NCBI GenBank assembly: GCA_029953675.1
Contig: JAMWBK010000011.1
Coordinates: 1,364,001 to 1,428,000 of the forward strand
Reading direction: 5' to 3'
Source of the DNA: Rhodosorus marinus CCMP1338
Lineage: Eukaryota; Plantae; Rhodophyta
DNA length: 64,000 nucleotides
The notes beneath the pieces are model-generated. The model was not told the DNA's origin and searched no databases. It was given only the letters and a program-made list of their open reading frames with translations. A program made the position numbers and the translations under genes. Shown here in pieces: positions 57,501 to 64,000 of this stretch (the stretch's first letter is position 1; each line of letters begins with the position of its first letter).

Positions 57501-59292
57501 GCTTATGATCGTCTCCGCTCCTTGGCTTCGCGGGTTGACCTGGAGGTTAATCATCACAAATCGTTCTACTGGGGAGGTGTAGCTGCACAAGAGCAGCAGG
57601 TACCTGCGTCGTTCCAGGATATTTGGAGACCGGATGGTTTTGTCCACTTAGGCATCCCCTACGGGTCGCCGTCCTTCGTTGAAGGCGAGTTGCTGCAGCT
57701 CCTCGGTAAGCACAGACAGCTGGTTGCAGAGCTTCGACGGCTACCTCCGGGCTTTCTCCAGTGCTCGTTGTTGCTGTTTCGGTATTGTTGCAGTCAGCGG
57801 TTAACCTATTGGCTTCGCTCACTTCCAACTCATTGGGGCCGGTGGTTGGCCACTCGTGCGGATGCTGAAAGTTTCCGTGACCTGGGATATTTTCTCGATG
57901 AAGAGCTGAGCGCTCTGCCGCGACCCACCTGTGATGTTGTGCGCGCCCAGGTAGGCCTCCCATTGCGATTGGGGGGACTGGGCCTCTGCAATCGTGTTGT
58001 GGTCCAACCTGCAGCCGCAGTAGGGGCCTGGGGAACCGCACTTCCCACTTTGAGCAGCTTGGGTATCTCGAAGTTCCGCAATTTGATGGCGAGCCTCTCG
58101 CGGGGTGTCTTGCTTCCCAGCGTACCGGAAAGCGCCCAAGACTTGTTTCTGGAGCTCCAAACCGCCCTGAATTCCTGTACTAGTCTCCCCGAAACCGTTC
58201 AACCCCGTCTTCCTGACTGGCGAGCTGTATTTGACCGCTCTCGAGGCTCCGCCCCGGGGATTCGTCCTGCGCCTGAACCTGTTCTAGGGGAGATTGACCC
58301 AGTGGTTGCCGCAGAAGAAGAAGTTCCAGTTGATCCTCCTGATGGTTCCCAGCGCGCTGGGAGCCGAGCTCAAGCACGCACGGATGCGCTGCAAAATATC
58401 CTTTCTTGGGACTTGCACCGTGCTGCATATGGCCGACTCCTCGCGCAGATGGTCTCATCTTCTCGCGCTCGCGCCCGCCTACGTAGTCTTGGAGGGGTTA
58501 TTAGCTCTCAGTGGCTCATGACCGTACCAGCCTTTCCGCCACTCACACTGTCGGATTTCGAAGTGCGTACTTCACTGCGCTTATACCTCGGCTTACATCA
58601 GCCCCCTTGGCCGTACGAGATGGGTTCGTCGTGCCCTCTGCTGCTCTCAGACTGAAGACAACGCAGATTTTGGCGCCCACCTGCTCGCTAGTTGCCCGGC
58701 GGTGAAAGGTGCTCGAACCCGCCGCCACACACGGATCTTGAACCTGTTATACCGGGAACTTCGGCCTATAGTCCGGCAAGCCGGTCTGGAAATCGAACGT
58801 GAGAAACCTTTACCCGTCGCGGACTTTCAAAATGATGAACGCCGTGTAGCCGACCTGGTGATCACCTGTGACGACAGCCGCCGTACCACATACGTTGATC
58901 TTGCTGTTCCTAACCCTCAAGCTAGTCGTTATCTCCCGGCTGCGGGGGAGCGCCGTGGATCTGCCGCCGCCAGCATGAGACGCCGCAAAGAGATCAAATA
59001 CGCGGGGGCTTTGTCTTCCCCTGGTGTTCGTGCTTCGGCACTAGCACATCGCTTGGTACCCCTGATCATTGAGTGCTTTGGGTTCATGGACTCTGTTGGT
59101 TCTCGCTGGCTTCGGGAGTTGTTCCGCGAACGCCCTGACCGTCTTCAATCGTTGTTTACCCGCTTAAGTTTCCTGCTGTGGCGCATGAATGCCGCTTTGA
59201 TGTTGGAGGCGCGAGTACTTCGCCGCGCTTAGTCTTTTTTTCCCCTCGGGGTTTTTTTTTTCAGCCTCCGATTAAACCATTCGTTCGTTCGA
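54530..59292 (+). mobile_element. Apparently full-length family D CRE-like element (~4.8 kb): ORF1 (~54690-56096) and ORF2 (ATG 56089 to 59232), with several frameshifts/stops
   Basis: SPGPSGLR, RPIGLVEVVRK, SVDFTNAFN, QQGDPLSP, AYHDD, GGLG, HLLASC, RTRRH, VADLVI, YVDLAVPNP, PLIIECFG; tail CATTCGTTCGTTCGATT. 5' end supported by the homologue at 39440-39935. No TSD found. Confidence 0.92.
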
Positions 59293-59477
59293 TTAAAGAG
59301 AATATGACTGTTTCCAGGTGGTTGAAACCGCAGAATACTTTCAAATCGAGTTTACTTCTTCTTTACAATTTTTTTTGTCACTCTAGCCCTCGAACTCTAC
59401 CTCTCTGGACTTTACTAGCTCTACCTCTCTAGGTACCACACAAACCAGAATCCTGCTCCGGAGGATTGGGGCTCTTG

Positions 59478-62400
59478 CTACAGTTCCTGCTGCTTGTAGA
59501 GGGAAGCGTAGACTCCGTCTGGAATCGACATGAGATCAGCGTGGTTCCCTGTTTCGACAATTCTACCCTCTGATACAACGGCAATTGTCTCTGCGTTCAC
59601 CACCGTGGAGAGGCGGTGGGCGATGACAATGGTGGTTCGGCCCACTGCAGCTTTGCTCAATGCGCTCTGGACAATTCTCTCGGATTTACTGTCAACAGCA
59701 CTGGTAGCCTCATCCAGGAGGAGAATAGGCGGCTTGCGTACAACGGCTCGAGCTATCGCGATGCGTTGTCTCTGGCCGCCACTCAGCTTTGCTCCGTGCG
59801 CACCGACCTGGGTGTCGTAGCCATGCGGTAGCTTCATCACAAACTCGTGCGCGTTCGCGAGCTTCGCAGCTTCGACAATCTCATCCTCTGTTACCACTGT
59901 ACCTTCGGCCTTGCGCAGCCCATGCGCAATGTTCTCACGCACCGTCGTTGAGAAAAGTTCAGGCTCCTGCGTCACGAAACCGATGTGGTCACGCATCGAC
60001 GCGGTGTTCCACGCGGGGAGAGGCTTTCCGTCGATTTTAACCTCACCAGCAGTTGGATCGTAGAACCGTTCAGCGAGCATCGCCACGGTGCTTTTCCCCG
60101 CGCCGCTTGGGCCCACAAGAGCAAGCGTTCTCCCCTTCCCGACTTTCACGCTGAGTCCCTTCAGCACCGTCTGTTCAGGCCTCGCAGGGTACTGGAACAC
60201 AACATCGTTCAGCTCCACCTCTCCACGGCATTTTTCCATAATCTCTCCTCCCTCATCCATCGGATCGATGGCTGATTTCATATCTATCAGTCCGAATACT
60301 CTTTTAGCGGCGGACCCGGCTTCCGCAGCTTCTGGAAGCAATGTCATCGACATTCCAGCCGCAATAGCTCCGAAGGTCAAAGCTGAGCCTGCCCTCAGCC
60401 CTTGTAAAAAGTCACACCAACCCCAGTAGATGACTTTCGACATGAACCAGGCCGTAACGGCATATATCCCATAAGAGCAGAACTGAGTAAACCCATACGC
60501 TAGGCCATTGATCAGCGCCTTTCGTTTTCCAATCTGAGCGGGCAGTTCAAGTTCGGAATCGTAGTCGTTCAGGAACTTTTCGCCTGCTCCTAGAGCCGTC
60601 ACGGTCTGAACGCAGTCGACAGCGCTGGTCGCGATCGAGTTGGCGGAGGCGAGCAATTGCGCGAGTTTCGCCGAAAGGCCCCGCATCAACCTCACTTGAA
60701 TCACTGGGCCCAACGTCATCACCGGCATACAGGCAAGCACGACAAGGGCGATCGACCAGCAACTACTGAAGGCTATGATGATTGAGAAGACCAGGATAGA
60801 AGTCATATATACATAGTGCATCTGTCGTTCACCAACCGCACCCCTCAGCTTAGCCACGTCTGGCCCAAGACGAGACGTAAGACTTCCAGCGCTATTCTCG
60901 CGTAGATCAAAAAACCCAACGCTCTGACGAATGACTACCTCAAAAGCCATGTTCCTCAACCGTTTCATGAGCCTCTCTCCAGCCACCCCGAAGACATACA
61001 AGCCAAGGAAATGTGAAAACAGCATAGCGAAGCCAAGTACAGCGAACATGATGGTGTAGAATCGAACCTCGCCCTCATCGTTGGTCGTCAACACCAGTAC
61101 TCCAATCTCCGCCATGATTAAGCTCCATGCTGGCCATAACAGTCCACCGATTAACGCGCAGAATATGCCGATGACGAAGTAGGGCCACTCTGGCTTGTTC
61201 AAAGACATCGCTCTACGCAAAGCTCCCTTGCGAGCCACATGTTCATTCTCTTCCTGATCTTGGTCCATCTCTATGGTAGTGGCATCCATCGTCGATGTCG
61301 CCGTCGTCGTCGGCTTGCAGACGGAATCACCACATCCTTGGCTCTCTTCAGCAGTGTACTCCTGGCGGTCAATGGCCGAACCGACGTCGTCCTGTTCCGC
61401 ATCACTTTCTGAAGCACTCTTCTGCAACTTCACAAGGTTTGAGTAGATACCAGTATCGTTAGCGACGAGCTGCTCGTGAGTTCCCTGTTGTCTAATCATG
61501 CCGTCCTCGAACACCACAATCTTGTCGGCGTTTCTGATCGTCGAAAGTCTGTGCGCTATAACGACCACGGTTCTTCCCTCTCGGACGTTGTCCATCGCCT
61601 TCTGCACCAGTCGCTCGGATGTGTTGTCCAGGGCGCTTGTCGCCTCGTCGAATAGTAAGATCTTCGGGTCTCTACTCAGTGCCCGTGCGATAGCAATGCG
61701 CTGCTTTTGTCCTCCAGATAACTGAGCTCCTCTGTCGCCTACGATCGTGTCGTACCCACAGGGCAATTCCATGATAAAATCGTGCGCATTTGCCGCCTTG
61801 GCAGCGGCGATGACCTCCTCCATCGACACATTTTCCTGCCTTACCTGCAGACCGCCATCTTCTCCCGTATATACCCCAACTTTTCCACCAAGAGCAATGT
61901 TGTCCTTGATCGACATGGCGAAAAGCGTTGGAGTCTGTGACACATAGCCAATTTGACCCCTCAACCAAGCCACGTTGAACTGGTCTAATTCTATTCCGTC
62001 CAATAAAACCGACCCATCCGTAGGGTCGTAGAACCTCTCCAGGAGGTTCATCGTCGTCGTCTTTCCGGACCCACTTTCACCAACTAGGGCCACCGTTGAT
62101 CCTGCTTCAATCGACAAGTTCAGCCCTTTCAGGGCCAAAGCGTCCGATCGAGAACGGTACCCGAATTTGACGTCTATAAACTCGATGTTTCCCAGCAGTT
62201 CAGCGCCAGCTTTCCCCTCCTGGTTGAACGCATCTATCTCACTCTTCCTCGAGATGATTTCGAAAACTTTTGGTGCTGCCCCGCGTGCTTCGTTGATGGC
62301 ATTGATAGCCTGACTTCCGTCTCCGAGTGCCATAGCTCCGATTATCACTGCAAAAATTACGATGAAAACATCCTGACCGAGGATAGTCCCCCCTCGAACG

Positions 62401-63530
62401 AGCAAACTTCCATACCAGAAAGCGAGGCCATAGGAGCAAATCAGCGTGCAATTGGTGAGACCACTTCCAAGGGCATGCCAGAAAGACTTTCGAATTCCTG
62501 CTCGAGTGGCTCCTTCCAGCATATCCGAGTATCGTGCAGCCTCGGTTTTCTCTAGTCCGCAAGACGCGACAACCCGTATCATCGAGAACGCTTCATAGGC
62601 AACCGCACCTGCCTTTGCATACGCAGTCTGGCCATCTACAATCGCTCCTCCTGCAGTTTGTGCGAACAGATATGAAGTAGCCACCAAAAGCGGTGCCATC
62701 GCTAGAATAACCAGCGTTAGCTGCCAACTGTAAATTAATCCGATCAACATCCCCCCGATGAACATTGTCACACTCTGCACTGCGGTCGCAACCTTGTCCC
62801 CAATGCCGTCCTCAACCACATGAATGTCAAGCGCCGCACCCTGAGCCACTTCTGCAGAATCCACCTCTTCATACCAACCCATGTCTTGTGACAGTAGCGA
62901 CCTTAGAAATAACTTCCTCATCCTCCTAGACTGTCTTTGGCTTGTCCACATCATTAAATACACTTGCAAGATACCCGCCACAGCGGCCCCGATCCCCATA
63001 TATACGAATATTAGTGCATGGTCGTTGATCCTTTCAAGTATGGCCTCTGGATTTGTCAAGAACCCCTGTACGTCCCCGAATTCACCCATAATCTCCCCCG
63101 CTACTATAGTGTACATCGGAGCCAGGACTCCCTGGCATGCTCCAGCCAACACTCCAATTAGGATTAAGAGTCTCTCAACGCCAGTTGAAAATTTGAACAA
63201 TTCCAGGAATGATACTGATCGTGCCTTTTTAGTTTTTCTTCTCTTCGTCTTGAAAAGCCCAAAGCACCGCTGAACATCCTCGTACTCCTCCTTCTCCTCC
63301 TCCTCCTCCTGCACCTCATCCTCCTCGAAATTTTCCAAGCTCACTGACACGTCTGGGGTTACGCTCACGTGTTCAGTTGTGGACGTCCTCAGACGCATTG
63401 ATCTCCTAAGTTTGGATATTCTCGTCGACAGAGACATCTCGTCCGAGTCACTTGAGACTAGATCAGACTCTCTCGTCCCGCTGGACGAAAATAAATCGAT
63501 TTTAGCAGCTGACATCTCGCGTCTTTCCAT
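59478..63530 (-). CDS. ABCB1: Full-size ABCB (MDR/P-glycoprotein-type) exporter, 1350 aa, intronless
   Basis: TMD-NBD-TMD-NBD; Walker A GESGSGKT and GPSGAGKS; signatures LSGGQKQRIAIARA and LSGGQRQRIAIARA; Walker B ILLFDEATS and ILLLDEATS. First ATG at 63530. Symbol is subfamily-level, not an orthology claim. Confidence 0.96.
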   Translation of the reverse strand: MERREMSAAKIDLFSSSGTRESDLVSSDSDEMSLSTRISKLRRSMRLRTSTTEHVSVTPDVSVSLENFEEDEVQEEEEEKEEYEDVQRCFGLFKTKRRKTKKARSVSFLELFKFSTGVERLLILIGVLAGACQGVLAPMYTIVAGEIMGEFGDVQGFLTNPEAILERINDHALIFVYMGIGAAVAGILQVYLMMWTSQRQSRRMRKLFLRSLLSQDMGWYEEVDSAEVAQGAALDIHVVEDGIGDKVATAVQSVTMFIGGMLIGLIYSWQLTLVILAMAPLLVATSYLFAQTAGGAIVDGQTAYAKAGAVAYEAFSMIRVVASCGLEKTEAARYSDMLEGATRAGIRKSFWHALGSGLTNCTLICSYGLAFWYGSLLVRGGTILGQDVFIVIFAVIIGAMALGDGSQAINAINEARGAAPKVFEIISRKSEIDAFNQEGKAGAELLGNIEFIDVKFGYRSRSDALALKGLNLSIEAGSTVALVGESGSGKTTTMNLLERFYDPTDGSVLLDGIELDQFNVAWLRGQIGYVSQTPTLFAMSIKDNIALGGKVGVYTGEDGGLQVRQENVSMEEVIAAAKAANAHDFIMELPCGYDTIVGDRGAQLSGGQKQRIAIARALSRDPKILLFDEATSALDNTSERLVQKAMDNVREGRTVVVIAHRLSTIRNADKIVVFEDGMIRQQGTHEQLVANDTGIYSNLVKLQKSASESDAEQDDVGSAIDRQEYTAEESQGCGDSVCKPTTTATSTMDATTIEMDQDQEENEHVARKGALRRAMSLNKPEWPYFVIGIFCALIGGLLWPAWSLIMAEIGVLVLTTNDEGEVRFYTIMFAVLGFAMLFSHFLGLYVFGVAGERLMKRLRNMAFEVVIRQSVGFFDLRENSAGSLTSRLGPDVAKLRGAVGERQMHYVYMTSILVFSIIIAFSSCWSIALVVLACMPVMTLGPVIQVRLMRGLSAKLAQLLASANSIATSAVDCVQTVTALGAGEKFLNDYDSELELPAQIGKRKALINGLAYGFTQFCSYGIYAVTAWFMSKVIYWGWCDFLQGLRAGSALTFGAIAAGMSMTLLPEAAEAGSAAKRVFGLIDMKSAIDPMDEGGEIMEKCRGEVELNDVVFQYPARPEQTVLKGLSVKVGKGRTLALVGPSGAGKSTVAMLAERFYDPTAGEVKIDGKPLPAWNTASMRDHIGFVTQEPELFSTTVRENIAHGLRKAEGTVVTEDEIVEAAKLANAHEFVMKLPHGYDTQVGAHGAKLSGGQRQRIAIARAVVRKPPILLLDEATSAVDSKSERIVQSALSKAAVGRTTIVIAHRLSTVVNAETIAVVSEGRIVETGNHADLMSIPDGVYASLYKQQEL

Positions 63531-63569
63531 CACTTAACCTCAAGAGTCAATGGCCAAGACTAATCATCA

Positions 63570-64000
63570 TCCTTGCGCAGACCCTTCCTTCGGCACTCGT
63601 TCCCGCTTCCTCCCCCAGACCCTTCACACCGACCTCCTCCAAACCACTGCAGACAATATCCCATTAAGACGCGTCTTCCTTCTTCTCTGTACAGGCCACT
63701 GAAGCCAAAAAAGAGAAAAACTTACGGCAATCCTCCCAAATCGTATACACAATAATCCTTCAGGGGAGGACTGGGAGTAGAAAGACCTCCAATCCTACCG
63801 GCTAGAACGGCAATACAATCTCCAGCAGTAACGAAAGACCCTTAAAATAAATAAGAAGTTTCGTGGGATGGTGAGTATGGTGTGCTGTACGGAGGAAAGC
63901 GCCATGAGAGAATTACTGACTCCCATTACTACTGTTCTTTGTTGGCCATCCACAATTTCCTTCACAAGATGCCAGACTCTTATTGGGGGAGGCTTACTGG
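63570..64000 (+). mobile_element. Possible degenerate LINE RT-thumb fragment
   Basis: Only a RGGLGV motif near 63762 in a stop-riddled frame. Confidence 0.25.

Noticed and set aside
59530-63273. Plus-strand ORFs over the ABCB gene, and similar ORFs opposite the 24-28 kb and 45-48 kb genes and the retroelements
   Set aside because: Antisense shadow ORFs of GC-balanced coding sequence, with no independent motifs.

Overview
Eukaryotic genomic DNA; the gene content and intron style suggest a unicellular red alga or similar protist (inference only). Roughly 55-60% of the window is nested, mostly 5'-truncated non-LTR retrotransposons of the RT + restriction-like-endonuclease (RLE) class, most similar to the CRE clade. 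I separate them into working families by C-terminus and 3' tail: A (ERSMRPR*), B/B2 (LLSRI*, IDIPTS*), C (LHASLPSY*, tail AGTAAAGTCC) and D/D2 (EARVLRRA*, tail CATT/CGTT; VSRFSG*). A and B end in, and stack head-to-tail at, a G-rich 16-mer, GGGGTTACGTTAGTCT. Five host genes lie between the arrays: (1) a 16-exon secreted Cys-rich protein whose 14 internal exons each carry one module between phase-0 introns; (2) a ~1300-aa secreted Gly-rich/helical protein with a possible Tc-toxin-A-like tail and one frame break; (3) a secreted Lys-rich unknown; (4) a secreted G8/beta-helix (CEMIP/fibrocystin-L-like) protein; (5) an intronless full-size ABCB exporter. Best leads: the 16-mer target/tail system, an RRM-like ORF1 shared by families A and D, tail-only micro-insertions shown by empty/filled paralogous sites, the one-exon-per-module Cys-rich gene, and the toxin-like protein. 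No rRNA, tRNA or CRISPR array could be supported.
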